Shown one piece after another: positions 10,614 through 20,856 of a stretch of DNA of 64,000 nucleotides (the first letter of the stretch is position 1; each line of letters starts with the position of its first letter). A model generated the notes under the pieces. It saw only the letters and a program-made list of their open reading frames with translations, ran no database searches and was not told where the DNA came from. This DNA comes from an uncultured Ignavibacteriaceae bacterium. GTDB taxonomy: Bacteria > Bacteroidota > Ignavibacteria > UBA10030. The stretch spans positions 50,811 through 114,810 of the forward strand of contig CAZYYD010000001.1 of NCBI GenBank assembly GCA_964651225.1, read 5' to 3'. The translations under genes were made by a program, and so were the position numbers.

Positions 10614-12716
10614 CTAGATTACATTAAATGCTGCAAGAAGCATATCAATCACCTTGATACCGATAAATGGAGCAAGGATACCGCCGACTCCATAAATGAG
10701 CAGGTGTCTTCGAAGCAATTGCACTGCACTCACAGGCCGATATTTCACGCCTTTCAATGCTAATGGAATCAAAGCCACAATGATCAAAGCATTAAAGATA
10801 ACTGCGGAGAGAATCGCGCTCTCAGGCGTGGCAAGTCTCATAATGTTCAATGCATTCAATACAGGATATATTGTTGCGAATGCAGCAGGGATGATTGCAA
10901 AGTACTTCGCAACATCATTGGCAATGCTGAATGTCGTCAATGTCCCGCGTGTCATCAAAAGCTGCTTGCCGATTTCTACAATTTCTAACAACTTGGTCGG
11001 ATTACTGTCGAGGTCAATCATATTTGCAGCTTCACGTGCGGACTGCGTACCAGTATTCATTGCCACAGCAACATCTGCCTGGGCAAGCGCTGGGGCGTCG
11101 TTCGTGCCGTCACCAGTCATTGCGACGAGTCTGCCTCCTTTTTGATATTCGCGGATCAAGTTTAATTTATCTTCCGGTTTTGCTTCGGCAAGAAAATCAT
11201 CGACTCCGGCTTCTGCGGCAATGGCCGTTGCTGTCAACGAGTTATCCCCCGTGATCATAACGGTTTTTATTCCCATCTGACGCAGGTGTGCAAACCGCTC
11301 CTTGATTCCGCCTTTGACAATATCTTTCAGATGAATGACACCGAGTACTTCTTTGTTTTCCGAGACAACCAACGGTGTGCCACCTGCGCGACTGATCTCC
11401 TGCACCAATTGCTGAACCGCAGATGGAAATACTCCGCCGTGTTGTTCTATATAAAGTTTCATTGCCTCCGTAGCCCCTTTTCTGATAATCCGCTTACCAT
11501 TTTTGCCTTCAGGTTGAATATCGGCTCCGCTCATTTGAGTCTGCGCACTAAAGGGGACAAAATGCGCAGCAATCTCATGAATGTCGCGACCTCGTAGGCC
11601 GTACTTTTCTTTGGCAAGAATCACGATGGAACGCCCCTCAGGTGTTTCATCCGCAAGCGAGGCAAGCTGCGCTGCATCGGCTAATCGTTCCTTTGAAATT
11701 CCGGGGGCGGAAGTAAATTCCGTTGCCATACGATTTCCTAATGTTATCGTCCCTGTTTTATCGAGCAATAGAACATCAACGTCACCGGCTGCTTCAATTG
11801 CACGGCCGGATGTTGCGATTACGTTATGCTGGGTCATACGGTCCATTCCGGCAATGCCAATAGCAGAGAGGAGCCCGCCGATTGTTGTAGGAATCAGACA
11901 AACAAGAAGAGCGACGAGTACTGTGACGGTAATGGGTGTCCCATGGCCGGCAACTTCGACACTGAAGAGTGAGAAAGGAAGAAGTGTCACGCATACGATA
12001 AGAAATATAATGGTAAACGCGGCAAGCAAAATATTGAGGGCAATTTCATTCGGCGTTTTTTGCCTCTTGGCGCCTTCAATTAAATGAATCATCCGGTCGA
12101 GAAAACCGCCGCCCGGTTCCGCTGTCACTTTGATAATTAGCCAATCAGAGAGCACGCGCGTTCCTCCAGTGACGGCACTTCGATCACCGCCGGATTCACG
12201 AATCACTGGAGCGCTTTCGCCTGTGATAGCGCTTTCATCAACAGAAGCGATTCCCTCAACAACCTCGCCGTCAGCGGAAATAATGTCTCCTGCTTCCGCA
12301 AGAAACACATTATTCTTCTGCAGTACGCTGGATGTGACGATATCGAACGGCGCATCTTTGCGACGTTCATGTAATCGCTTTGCCGTGGTATCCCTGCGTG
12401 ATCGACGTAATGCATCCGCCTGCGCTTTTCCTCGTCCTTCAGCCAGTGCTTCAGAAAAGTTTGCAAAAAGAACTGTGAACCATAACCAGAGCGATACAAA
12501 TCCGATATACCATGTTTGTGCCTCGCCCGAACCGAGCAGTGCTTGAATCCAGAGTGCCGTTGTGAGAACGCTTCCGACTTCCACGACAAACATCACAGGA
12601 TTTCGCGCCATCTTCCACGGATTTAATTTTCTTACAGAATCGGTACAGGCGCGAAGATACATTTCCCGATTCAATGCTAACGGCTTTTTCAATTGTTGTG
12701 AACTCTGCGTTGTCAT
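10614..12716 (-). CDS. kdpB: potassium-transporting P-type ATPase, B subunit
   Basis: The P-type ATPase phosphorylation site DKTGTIT and the [14 protein letters not shown] motifs are present. Length and context fit KdpB. Confidence 0.95.
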   Translation of the reverse strand: MTTQSSQQLKKPLALNREMYLRACTDSVRKLNPWKMARNPVMFVVEVGSVLTTALWIQALLGSGEAQTWYIGFVSLWLWFTVLFANFSEALAEGRGKAQADALRRSRRDTTAKRLHERRKDAPFDIVTSSVLQKNNVFLAEAGDIISADGEVVEGIASVDESAITGESAPVIRESGGDRSAVTGGTRVLSDWLIIKVTAEPGGGFLDRMIHLIEGAKRQKTPNEIALNILLAAFTIIFLIVCVTLLPFSLFSVEVAGHGTPITVTVLVALLVCLIPTTIGGLLSAIGIAGMDRMTQHNVIATSGRAIEAAGDVDVLLLDKTGTITLGNRMATEFTSAPGISKERLADAAQLASLADETPEGRSIVILAKEKYGLRGRDIHEIAAHFVPFSAQTQMSGADIQPEGKNGKRIIRKGATEAMKLYIEQHGGVFPSAVQQLVQEISRAGGTPLVVSENKEVLGVIHLKDIVKGGIKERFAHLRQMGIKTVMITGDNSLTATAIAAEAGVDDFLAEAKPEDKLNLIREYQKGGRLVAMTGDGTNDAPALAQADVAVAMNTGTQSAREAANMIDLDSNPTKLLEIVEIGKQLLMTRGTLTTFSIANDVAKYFAIIPAAFATIYPVLNALNIMRLATPESAILSAVIFNALIIVALIPLALKGVKYRPVSAVQLLRRHLLIYGVGGILAPFIGIKVIDMLLAAFNVI

Positions 12717-12745
12717 TCTCCTATTTCCTTTTTCCTGCTCGCCAA

Positions 12746-14488
12746 TTATTGCATCATCAAAAAATGCTCAACAATCGGACCCAGAGCGAGGGCTGGTAAA
12801 AAGTTGAGCGCACCCACAAGAAGAACAACTGCGATAAGCCAAAAAATAAACAGCGGTGTATGCGTCGGCAGTGTTCCTTCGGAAGCGGGTACCAATTTCT
12901 TTCGGACAAGCGATCCCGCAAGCGCTAAGGTCGGAACTGCAAGCCAATATCTTCCGATTAACATTGCCAATCCACCGGTGAAATTGTAAAATGGCGTGTT
13001 GACACTTGCGCCGGCAAATGCGCTTCCGTTATTATTTGCTTGCGATGTAAAGACGTACAGGATTTCGCTGAATCCGTGAGGACCAGGATTTATAATTCCT
13101 GCTTTTCCATCAGACGTAACAACTGCAATCGCCGTAAGAACGAGAACAGTGATCGGCATAATGAGAATCATGAGAGATGCCATTTTCATTTCGTACGCTT
13201 CAATTTTATGACCTAAATATTCCGGTGTGCGGCCGACAAGAAGTCCGGCAACAAACACTGCAACGATAACAAATACCAACATACCGTAGAGTCCTGATCC
13301 AACCCCTCCAAAAACAACTTCTGCCAAGTGAATCATAACGAGCGTTATCAATCCACCAAGCGGGGTATAGGAATCGTGCATGGAATTCACAGAACCATTT
13401 GACGCAGCGGTCGTTACAGTCGCCCAAACAGCCGAATTGGGAATGCCAAATCTAACTTCCTTTCCCTCCATATTGCCGCCGGGGTTAGTGGAAGTCGAAT
13501 GTTGATCCGCACCGAGGGTGGCGAGCTTGGGATTGCCCGAACCTTCTACGCTGTACATCAAAAATATTGCTGCAACAAGCATCAACATCATAGCAGCAAA
13601 GATTGCCAACCCCTGACGCGTGTCTTTCACCATCACTCCATACGTGTAACAGAGGGCCGCCGGAATTAGCAAGATTGCAAGCATCTCCAAAATATTTGTA
13701 AGAGGCGTGGGGTTCTCATACGGATGCGTTGAATTGACGTTGAAGAAACCTCCACCATTTGTTCCTAGCTGCTTAATGGCAATCTGCGATGCCGCAGGTC
13801 CCATTGCCAAAACTTGACCCGTTACTTTTACTCCAGTGGTGTTGGTCGTTGATTGGAGAAAAGGTACAGTGATATAAGCGGAATTATTTTGGATAACTCC
13901 CTGCGAGACAAGTACAAGCGAGAAGACAATAGCAAGAGGTAGAAGTATATACAGTGTACTACGTGTCATATCGACCCAAAAATTTCCAAGTTTCATTGCC
14001 GAGTGACGAACAATTCCACGGATGAAAAGCGTAAGCACAGCCATTCCCGTTGCGGCAGAAACGAAATTCTGCACAGTCAGGCCGAGCATCTGCGTTAAGT
14101 AGCTCATGGTCGTTTCACCGCCGTACCCTTGCCAGTTGGTATTTGTCGCGAAACTTACAGCGGTGTTAAATGATGAATCAGGCGTTACCGCCTGCATCGC
14201 TTGTGGATTGAGTGGAAGAAATTGTTGAATCCGTTGCAATGTATAGACAAGAATAAGCCCAAGGCAGTTGAACAGCAGCATCGCAATGGCATTCTGCTTC
14301 CAGTCCATCTCTTCATCCGGATTGATACCGGAGAGACGATAGATGAGTCGTTCGATCGGTCCAAGAACAGGATCAGGAAATGTTCTTTCCCGCTGGTACA
14401 CGCGAGCCATATATTCACCGAGCGGTTTGGCAAGAAGCGTCAGCACTGCGATGTAAAATGCGATTTGTAAAACCCCGTTGAGTGTCAT
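12746..14488 (-). CDS. kdpA: potassium-transporting ATPase, A subunit
   Basis: A polytopic KdpA-like membrane protein. The start is trimmed to MTLNGVLQ... (14488), whose ATG overlaps the kdpF stop as ATGA. The 622-aa ORF-track extension is rejected. Confidence 0.9.
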   Translation of the reverse strand: MTLNGVLQIAFYIAVLTLLAKPLGEYMARVYQRERTFPDPVLGPIERLIYRLSGINPDEEMDWKQNAIAMLLFNCLGLILVYTLQRIQQFLPLNPQAMQAVTPDSSFNTAVSFATNTNWQGYGGETTMSYLTQMLGLTVQNFVSAATGMAVLTLFIRGIVRHSAMKLGNFWVDMTRSTLYILLPLAIVFSLVLVSQGVIQNNSAYITVPFLQSTTNTTGVKVTGQVLAMGPAASQIAIKQLGTNGGGFFNVNSTHPYENPTPLTNILEMLAILLIPAALCYTYGVMVKDTRQGLAIFAAMMLMLVAAIFLMYSVEGSGNPKLATLGADQHSTSTNPGGNMEGKEVRFGIPNSAVWATVTTAASNGSVNSMHDSYTPLGGLITLVMIHLAEVVFGGVGSGLYGMLVFVIVAVFVAGLLVGRTPEYLGHKIEAYEMKMASLMILIMPITVLVLTAIAVVTSDGKAGIINPGPHGFSEILYVFTSQANNNGSAFAGASVNTPFYNFTGGLAMLIGRYWLAVPTLALAGSLVRKKLVPASEGTLPTHTPLFIFWLIAVVLLVGALNFLPALALGPIVEHFLMMQ

Positions 14489-14577
14489 TCGAATATCTCC
14501 GGGTTCAATAATGCCACAAGCAAATATGCGAAGATGCCAATTGCGATAATTCCTAAAACGATATAGAGCCAGTTCAT
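14485..14577 (-). CDS. kdpF: KdpF small hydrophobic subunit (30 aa), not in the ORF track
   Basis: Hand translation gives [30 protein letters not shown], a typical KdpF. Its TGA overlaps the kdpA ATG. Confidence 0.6.
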   Translation of the reverse strand: MNWLYIVLGIIAIGIFAYLLVALLNPEIFE

Positions 14578-14686
14578 GATTTCTCTCCCGATTTATTTTC
14601 TCCCAGGCGTTCACACAACTTCAGAAAACCCCAGGTGAGGACAAAAAATACAACGGTAACGCAGATATAGAGAATGTCGGTCAAGA

Positions 14687-15280
14687 TTATTTCCCTCCTG
14701 ATAAGGATTGCGTTTCATCAAGGGCAAGATTCAACTTGAGAACATTCACACGAGTTTCTCCAAGAAATCCTAATTGTCTGCCTTCTGTATATTGATCCAT
14801 CAATGTTTGAATTGTTTCTTTGTTAAGATTCCGAACACGCGCCACGCGAGGCAGTTGGTATTGTGCTGCTGCAAAACTAATGTGCGGGTCAAGTCCGCTG
14901 CCAGATGCGGTAACAAGATCAGCTGGAATCGGCAGGGTATTCAACGAATCGGCGGCCTTTAAATCTAAGATCCTTTTCTGTACACCATCGAGATAGGACT
15001 GATTGATCGGTCCAAAGTTTGAACCCGATGATGCCCCTGCATTGTAGGCAAACGGACCTGTTGCAGATGGACGACTCCAGAAATATTTCGGATCGCTAAA
15101 CGGCTGACCGATTAACTCGGAGCCGATGGCCTTACCATTTTTCATGATCATACTCCCGTTTGCCTTTCCAAGGAAGAGAAGCTGTGCCAACCCTGTTATG
15201 ACAAGAGGATAAAAAATTCCGGTGAGTATGGTCATCAGAGCGATGACTGCTGCTGCGGGGCGTACGTGTTTACGGAACAT
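14687..15280 (-). CDS. kdpC: potassium-transporting ATPase, C subunit
   Basis: An N-terminal TM anchor and the conserved KdpC core (LVTASGSGLDPHIS, PRVARVRNL). Unusually it lies upstream of kdpF-A-B. Confidence 0.85.
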   Translation of the reverse strand: MFRKHVRPAAAVIALMTILTGIFYPLVITGLAQLLFLGKANGSMIMKNGKAIGSELIGQPFSDPKYFWSRPSATGPFAYNAGASSGSNFGPINQSYLDGVQKRILDLKAADSLNTLPIPADLVTASGSGLDPHISFAAAQYQLPRVARVRNLNKETIQTLMDQYTEGRQLGFLGETRVNVLKLNLALDETQSLSGGK

Positions 15281-15703
15281 GTTTTTGATTCATCCGGCCA
15301 AAATTATTTTATCTGTTATCTATGAGACAAGTCACCGTCTTGGAAGAATATTCTCGTATTAACTTGCAGAAGAGCAAAGAAGAAGGCAATGAAGAGAATG
15401 TAAAGACTTAAAGAAGATGTATAAAAAGATTATATAGGAAAATAGCAACACATGAGGAACGGTCAATGTCATGTATCAGGGGAGGGAATGGACGAATATT
15501 TCCAGAACCGATATACAGCGATACGTTTAGATGAAAAATCCTTGAAAAACCAGTGTTTCCCTTCGTTTTTTGTCGAAATTACATTTTTCCACTGAAGGAT
15601 TAATTTGAGATATTCAGGCCAAATTAGCTGATCATAAGGCTTGTGTATGGGAACTTCACCAATTATCTTTCTGTTATATAGTTTGAATTTAAAAGGAGAT
15701 AGC

Positions 15704-16162
15704 ATGAAAACAACAAAACAATACGGCAAGAAAATTGACCTTGCCCTTTCGCTGTGGGTCAAACTGGCTCGAGCGCATGATACCTTCAACCGCCTGACAG
15801 CGACCAATATACGCCACTTCAAGCTGACACCGGCACAATTCGGTGCGATAGAGTGCCTTGGTCATCTCGGTCCCATGCTGATCGGTGAATTGACGAGGAA
15901 GCACCTGGTGACCGGCGGGAATATGACGGTGGTCGTCGACAACCTCGAAAAAGAAGGTTTTGTCGAACGTGTGGTCAGTAAAAAAGACCGCCGTGCGTTT
16001 GTTGTAAAACTGACACCAAAGGGTAAACGTCTCTTTGAAAAAGTCTTCATCCAGCATGCAGAATACGTTGCAGCCTTGGCATCTGTCCTTACAGAGGAAG
16101 AACAGGCTGATCTTGGACGTCTTCTGAAAAAGCTTGGAACCGGTTTACCCCAGATGGAATAA
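15704..16162 (+). CDS. MarR-family transcriptional regulator
   Basis: A winged-HTH MarR fold (LTPAQFGAIECL...DRRAFVVKLTPKG). A strong SD (AAAGGAGA) lies before the ATG at 15704. Confidence 0.8.
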   Translation: MKTTKQYGKKIDLALSLWVKLARAHDTFNRLTATNIRHFKLTPAQFGAIECLGHLGPMLIGELTRKHLVTGGNMTVVVDNLEKEGFVERVVSKKDRRAFVVKLTPKGKRLFEKVFIQHAEYVAALASVLTEEEQADLGRLLKKLGTGLPQME

Positions 16163-16239
16163 TTCTTCGAACTGAGATATTTGAACTTGAAACTATTCGG
16201 CTTGTCCCGGCGTTCTCATAGGTAGAGAAAGTATTTGAC

Positions 16240-16812
16240 ATGACAAACATGCCGCTCAATATTGTTGCTCTGGCAGGGAGTCTTCGCGCAGAGTCGTTCA
16301 ATCGGAAAGCCCTCCGGATTGCCAGTGCAATGGCCTCGGAATTCGGTGCGCACGTGCGTGAAGTCGATCTGAAAGTGCTCGATTTGCCTGTCTTCAATGC
16401 TGATCTACGGGAGCAGAAATTTCCAGATTCCGTGACGATACTCAAGCGGGAAATTGAATCTGCAGATATGTTCTTGATCGCAACACCGGAATATAATCAT
16501 TCCGTTCCTGGGCCATTAAAAAATGCAATCGACTGGGCGTCAGACAAAACAAATCCCTTCCAGGGAAAAGTCGCCACACTGTTTGGAGCTTCGACAGGAC
16601 TGGTGGGAACCTTGAGGGCGCAGTTGCATCTCCGCGAAATATTAGGTTCCCTCGGTGTCTTGATCGTTCCTCAACCGCAGGTGTTGATCAGATCAGCATC
16701 GAAGGCATTTCAACCGGACGGATCGTTTGCTGATAGAAAGGTACACGATCAGCTCAGACTTCTCATCAAAGAGTCTATGAAACTGGCCTATGCGACAGGG
16801 AAGTCGGAGTAA
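16240..16812 (+). CDS. NAD(P)H-dependent FMN reductase / flavodoxin-like oxidoreductase
   Basis: NADPH-dependent FMN reductase family pattern (LNIVALAGSLRAESFNR, ATPEYNHSVPGPLKNAIDW). Confidence 0.8.
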   Translation: MTNMPLNIVALAGSLRAESFNRKALRIASAMASEFGAHVREVDLKVLDLPVFNADLREQKFPDSVTILKREIESADMFLIATPEYNHSVPGPLKNAIDWASDKTNPFQGKVATLFGASTGLVGTLRAQLHLREILGSLGVLIVPQPQVLIRSASKAFQPDGSFADRKVHDQLRLLIKESMKLAYATGKSE

Positions 16813-16874
16813 ACATGGTGTAATAGTTACGTGGTGATTATTCAAAGACATGATAAATCAATAAGAGAATACAT

Positions 16875-17243
16875 ATGGAAACAACAATATTATACTTGGG
16901 ACGCCTGCTGTTTGGCGGATATTTTCTTTTTGGCGGATTTAATCACTTCAGCAATCTGAAGATGATGGCCGGTTATGCGCAATCGAAGGGTGTGCCGATG
17001 CCGGAGTTCGCGGTGGGTTCTTCCGGTTTGCTGTTGCTGATCGGCGGTGTAAGTATGCTGTTTCACGTTTACCCTCTCGTGGGCGGTGTGGCGCTTGTTC
17101 TGTTCCTTCTTCCAGTGACGTATATGATGCATGCTTTCCGGAAGATTCAGGATCCAATGGTAAAAATGGGTGAGATGGTTAACTTTATGAAAAATCATGC
17201 TTTACTGGGTGCAGTGTTGATTCTGTTGTCAGCCTCAGTATAA
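16875..17243 (+). CDS. DoxX-family membrane protein
   Basis: A small polytopic protein with the DoxX-like pattern (GRLLFGGYFLFGGFNHF). Confidence 0.65.
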   Translation: METTILYLGRLLFGGYFLFGGFNHFSNLKMMAGYAQSKGVPMPEFAVGSSGLLLLIGGVSMLFHVYPLVGGVALVLFLLPVTYMMHAFRKIQDPMVKMGEMVNFMKNHALLGAVLILLSASV

Positions 17244-17295
17244 TAAAGAAAGAGGAACTTTGTAGCCTAGATTATCCTCGGTTACAAAAAGGCAG

Positions 17296-17598
17296 ATGAA
17301 TATGAACGAGTATATGATCGTTATACACTTTACATCGTCATTCACGGAAGAATTTGCCGCTCTTATTCCCAACCAGCGTGCACAGATTAACAAGCTGATG
17401 GAAAAGGGGATTATCACAAGTTACAGTTTATCTGCCGATCGCGGGACATTGTGGGTAACATTACTTGCAACCTCGGTGGAAGCCGTGGAGAAAACGCTGC
17501 GATTGATGCCGCTCTATATCTTTATGGAATACACCGTCGTCGAGTTGATGTTTCACAATAGTCCGGTCTATGCGCCGGCGCGTTTTTCTATGAATTAA
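17296..17598 (+). CDS. muconolactone isomerase-like domain protein (about 100 aa)
   Basis: The size and C-terminal motif MPLYIFMEYTVVEL resemble the muconolactone delta-isomerase signature (LPLFPYMDIEV). The call is tentative. Confidence 0.4.
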   Translation: MNMNEYMIVIHFTSSFTEEFAALIPNQRAQINKLMEKGIITSYSLSADRGTLWVTLLATSVEAVEKTLRLMPLYIFMEYTVVELMFHNSPVYAPARFSMN

Positions 17599-17629
17599 CT
17601 TAAACCAATTGCCAATAGGAGCATCAAAT

Positions 17630-18208
17630 ATGAAACGAATGAAATTTATAACGCTAGCACTGGTGATAACATCAGTGTCGATTTTTGCACAGACAGCCTG
17701 GAAGCTCGATAAGGCCCATTCGGCGGTCACGTTTACCGTGAAACACATGGTTATATCAGATGTGTCCGGGTCATTCAAGGATTTCACACTGAACCTTGTT
17801 TCTGATAAAGAAGATTTTTCAGATGCCAAAGTAGAAAGTGTGATCAAAGTGGCAAGTATCAGCACGGATAATGAATATCGGGATAAACACCTGAAATCAG
17901 ATGATTTTTTCAATGCTGAAAAATTCCCTGAAATTCAGTTTAAAAGCACTTCATTTAAAAACATGGGCGAAAATAGGTATAAAATCACTGGCGATCTGAC
18001 TCTTCGGGATGTCACAAAAGAAGTCACATTTGATGCAATACTCAATGGAACTCTGAAGACTGACCGCGGGTTATTAAGTGCATGGAAAGCAACCACCGTC
18101 ATTAATCGCTTTGATTACAATCTCAAATGGAACAAAACCATAGAGACAGGCGGTCTAATAGTCGGACAGGATGTGACGATCACGTTGAACCTTGAATTGA
18201 ACAAGTAA
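17630..18208 (+). CDS. YceI-family periplasmic (polyisoprenoid-binding) protein
   Basis: A signal peptide plus the YceI-like pattern (WKLDKAHSAVTFTVKHM...). SD AGGAG lies before the ATG at 17630. Confidence 0.8.
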   Translation: MKRMKFITLALVITSVSIFAQTAWKLDKAHSAVTFTVKHMVISDVSGSFKDFTLNLVSDKEDFSDAKVESVIKVASISTDNEYRDKHLKSDDFFNAEKFPEIQFKSTSFKNMGENRYKITGDLTLRDVTKEVTFDAILNGTLKTDRGLLSAWKATTVINRFDYNLKWNKTIETGGLIVGQDVTITLNLELNK

Positions 18209-18416
18209 GAATCTTCCCTCAAAACGATGGAGCCCGTCTCGGCCTCGATTTTTAGGCGGGCTTCATCTCCTCTTTTCCATAAAGTATTGTCTTCTTCCTT
18301 GTAAACTCCGAGCCTTGCTATTGCTCTCTGCATTGGTTAATTTCTCTACGATTAAATTTTCCTTGCCGACTTGATGACGGTATTCATGCTCCCGTTCATG
18401 CGAGAAAGGATATTCC

Positions 18417-19526
18417 ATGAAACACCACAAGATCGTACGTATAGCTATTAACACCGGCGGCGGTGACGCACCCGGACTGAATGCTGTGATCCGTGCAGCG
18501 GTGGTTTCGGCCATCAATCGCGGATGGGAGTGCTACGGCATCCGTGACGGATACAACGGATTGATGGATCCCAAAAAATATCCCGAAGGAGGACTCATTC
18601 CGCTGCCGAAGTCAAGGGTACGCGGTATTACGCATCTTGGTGGGACGATTCTTGGTACCACCAACAAAGGAAATCCATTGAAATGGCCGGTGAAAAGGAA
18701 AGACGGCACATGGGTTGAAACAGATCGCACAGACGAATTACTCAAAGCGTTCAAGAAGAATAACATCGATGCACTGATTGCAATTGGCGGTGATGGTTCA
18801 CTGGGGATTGCGAATGCATTAGCCCAAAAAGGGCTCCGGGTAGTTGGTGTACCGAAAACTATTGATAACGATCTTGACAAAACGGTCATTACATTCGGCT
18901 TTGATACGGCTGTTTCCTTTGCGACGGCATGCATCGATAGACTCAATACTACTGCCGAATCCCACCAGCGTGTGATGATCGTCGAGGTGATGGGCCGTTA
19001 TGCCGGGTGGATTGCACTGGAATGCGGCATATCAAGCTCGGCAGACGTTATTCTCATTCCGGAAATTCCGTACGATATCCGTAAAGTGGTGCAAAAAATT
19101 GAAAACCGCGAAAAGTTAGGGGCAAAATTTTCGATCGTCGTTGTTGCGGAAGGGGCTAAACCACAAGGAGGCACTGTTTCAGTGGTTTCAAAAGAAATTG
19201 GCCGGGCCGAAAAACTGGGAGGCGCCGGTGAGCGAGTTGCAGGAGAAATACAGAAGCTGAGTGGAAAAGAGACGCGGTGCGTGGTGCTGGGACATTTGCT
19301 TCGCGGTGGCACACCGACTACGTTTGATAGGCTCATTTCACTACGATTTGGTGCGGCGGCTGTTCGTGCATTGGCGGAAGGGCAGAATGGCGTTATGGTG
19401 GCGCTTGATCCCCCGACGGTGCGGTATGTACCGCTTGCCGAAGCAACAAACCGGATGAAATGTGTTCCTCTTGACTGCGACATCATCCTGACAGGCCGCG
19501 ATCTGGGAATAAGTTTTGGCGATTGA
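18417..19526 (+). CDS. pfkA: 6-phosphofructokinase
   Basis: PFK family motifs (GGDAPGLNAVIRA, GGDGSL, PKTIDNDL, MGRYAGW). Confidence 0.9.
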   Translation: MKHHKIVRIAINTGGGDAPGLNAVIRAAVVSAINRGWECYGIRDGYNGLMDPKKYPEGGLIPLPKSRVRGITHLGGTILGTTNKGNPLKWPVKRKDGTWVETDRTDELLKAFKKNNIDALIAIGGDGSLGIANALAQKGLRVVGVPKTIDNDLDKTVITFGFDTAVSFATACIDRLNTTAESHQRVMIVEVMGRYAGWIALECGISSSADVILIPEIPYDIRKVVQKIENREKLGAKFSIVVVAEGAKPQGGTVSVVSKEIGRAEKLGGAGERVAGEIQKLSGKETRCVVLGHLLRGGTPTTFDRLISLRFGAAAVRALAEGQNGVMVALDPPTVRYVPLAEATNRMKCVPLDCDIILTGRDLGISFGD

Positions 19527-19542
19527 TACGATGAGGAATACT

Positions 19543-20031
19543 ATGGCCATTAGAATCTTTATCACCGGCGGCACTTTCGACAAAGAATATAACGAGTTGG
19601 ATGGGAAGCTGTTTTTCAAAGACACGCATTTACCGGAGATGTTAAAACTGGGGCGCTGCAAAATCCCGGTAGATGTACGCACGCTCATGCTTGTGGACAG
19701 CCTGGAGATGACGGATGCCGACCGGCAGATTATTGTCGACCATTGCCGAAAGTGCAAAGAAAATCGGATTGTTATCACCCATGGTACCGATACTATGCAG
19801 GATACTGTTCGAGTGCTTGGCAAAGCAATAAGCGGAAAAACCGTTGTCATAACCGGCGCGATGATACCGTATAAATTCGGCAGCTCCGATGGACTCTTTA
19901 ATTTAGGAAGCGCACTTGCTTTTGCGCAGACTCTTCCTCACGGAGTGTATATTGCTATGAACGGCCGCTATTTTTCGTGGGATAATGTGAAGAAGAATAA
20001 GAAATTGGGAGAGTTCGAAGAATCACGATAA
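19543..20031 (+). CDS. asparaginase N-terminal-domain-only protein
   Basis: ITGGTF and HGTDTM match the asparaginase/glutaminase N-domain signatures, but the protein is only about 160 aa. The SD GAGGAA before the 19543 ATG makes me prefer that start to 19516. Confidence 0.55.
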   Translation: MAIRIFITGGTFDKEYNELDGKLFFKDTHLPEMLKLGRCKIPVDVRTLMLVDSLEMTDADRQIIVDHCRKCKENRIVITHGTDTMQDTVRVLGKAISGKTVVITGAMIPYKFGSSDGLFNLGSALAFAQTLPHGVYIAMNGRYFSWDNVKKNKKLGEFEESR

Positions 20032-20133
20032 CTGTGTTAAAGGTTTTTCCCAAAATCGTCCACGAGTTCTTTTTACGAACGGAAACGATTTTGAGGATCT
20101 CCCACCGCTTTTAGGCGGGATAAGATCTTTAGG

Positions 20134-20170
20134 TAACGTGTGGACGCTACTGGGATCGAACCAGTGACCT
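20134..20170. repeat. 37-nt direct repeat copy 1 (tRNA-Val 3' half plus flanking TAACGTG)
   Basis: Exact match to 20462..20498, read by eye. Confidence 0.8.
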
Positions 20171-20220
20171 TCCCGTCTCGTCAGGAACGAGACGGGACGC
20201 TCTGAACCAGTCGCTCAATG
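20134..20220 (-). pseudogene. degenerate tRNA copy: a D-arm-like segment, a 10-bp perfect hairpin where the anticodon arm would be, and an intact variable/T-arm/acceptor 3' half identical to tRNA-Val
   Basis: The reverse complement reads GAGCGACTGGTTCAGAGCG-TCCCGTCTCG TTCCTGA CGAGACGGGA-AGGTC-ACTGGTTCGATCCCAGT-AGCGTCCA. No 5' acceptor strand exists upstream, so it cannot fold as a tRNA. Confidence 0.5.
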
Positions 20221-20459
20221 TATTTTCTGCTTTTTCGAGATTTGATTTCTTTTTCTCGCTTCATTGCTTCCGACCGCGTTCGAAAGGATTCGAAATACAC
20301 GACTTTCCAGGGAATTCCTCTTTTCGTATAAAGAGACCTTCCGGCGTTATGATATTTTTCTATCCGTTCTTGGAGGTCTTGAGTATGACCGGTATAATAG
20401 GAATCGAGAGAAATGCTGTAGAGAATGTATGTAGAATACGGCAAATCGATTTGAACCAT
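20181..20459 (-). CDS. GIY-YIG nuclease-family small protein (92 aa)
   Basis: GIY-YIG motifs YILYS...YYTGHT plus downstream R and E residues, at the ~90-aa size class of stand-alone GIY-YIG proteins. The last 12 codons and the stop lie inside the degenerate tRNA copy. Confidence 0.7.
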   Translation of the reverse strand: MVQIDLPYSTYILYSISLDSYYTGHTQDLQERIEKYHNAGRSLYTKRGIPWKVVYFESFRTRSEAMKREKEIKSRKSRKYIERLVQSVPSRS

Positions 20460-20461
20460 AT

Positions 20462-20498
20462 TAACGTGTGGACGCTACTGGGATCGAACCAGTGACCT
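20462..20498. repeat. 37-nt direct repeat copy 2
   Basis: Exact match to 20134..20170. Confidence 0.8.
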
Positions 20499-20543
20499 CG
20501 TGCTTGTAAGGCACGCGCTCTGAACCAGCTGAGCTAAGCGTCC
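20469..20543 (-). tRNA. tRNA-Val (anticodon TAC)
   Basis: Hand-folded cloverleaf: GGACGCT TA GCTC AGCTGGTTCA GAGC G CGTGC CTTACAA GCACG AGGTC ACTGG TTCGATC CCAGT AGCGTCC A. CCA is not encoded. Confidence 0.85.
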
Positions 20544-20856
20544 AAAATGCCTCTTTTGTAAATTTACGCAATCTTCTCTCTTATTGCAAACAGCGATTCC
20601 ATCACACATCCCAGAAAGTCAATTCACCTTTTTAAAGATTCCTCTGTTATGATCGCGTGGGTTCGGCAGGTTTGAAGCAGCGGACCAACGATGTATCGAG
20701 ATAGGATAAAATGCTCCTCCAAGGTAGCGCGTGGAAGCACCATATGGCATCACATCGACAAATATATTACAAATAAGAATATTAAGGAATTCTTGTTGGT
20801 TATTCTTGAATGAAGTGTTATGAGCTCGTAAAATATTTAGAATTCTTTGAGGATAA

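Noticed and set aside
12746-14614. 622-aa N-terminally extended KdpA from the ORF track
   Set aside because: The extension overlaps the separately encoded KdpF reading frame. The canonical KdpA N-terminus (MTLNGVLQ) with ATGA coupling to kdpF gives the expected size.
20134-20220. Second tRNA upstream of GIY-YIG as a functional tRNA-Arg(CCT) with extended anticodon stem
   Set aside because: The loop TTCCTGA could present CCT, but no 5' acceptor strand complementary to AGCGTCC exists upstream and the D-arm cannot pair. I call it a degenerate copy or pseudogene.
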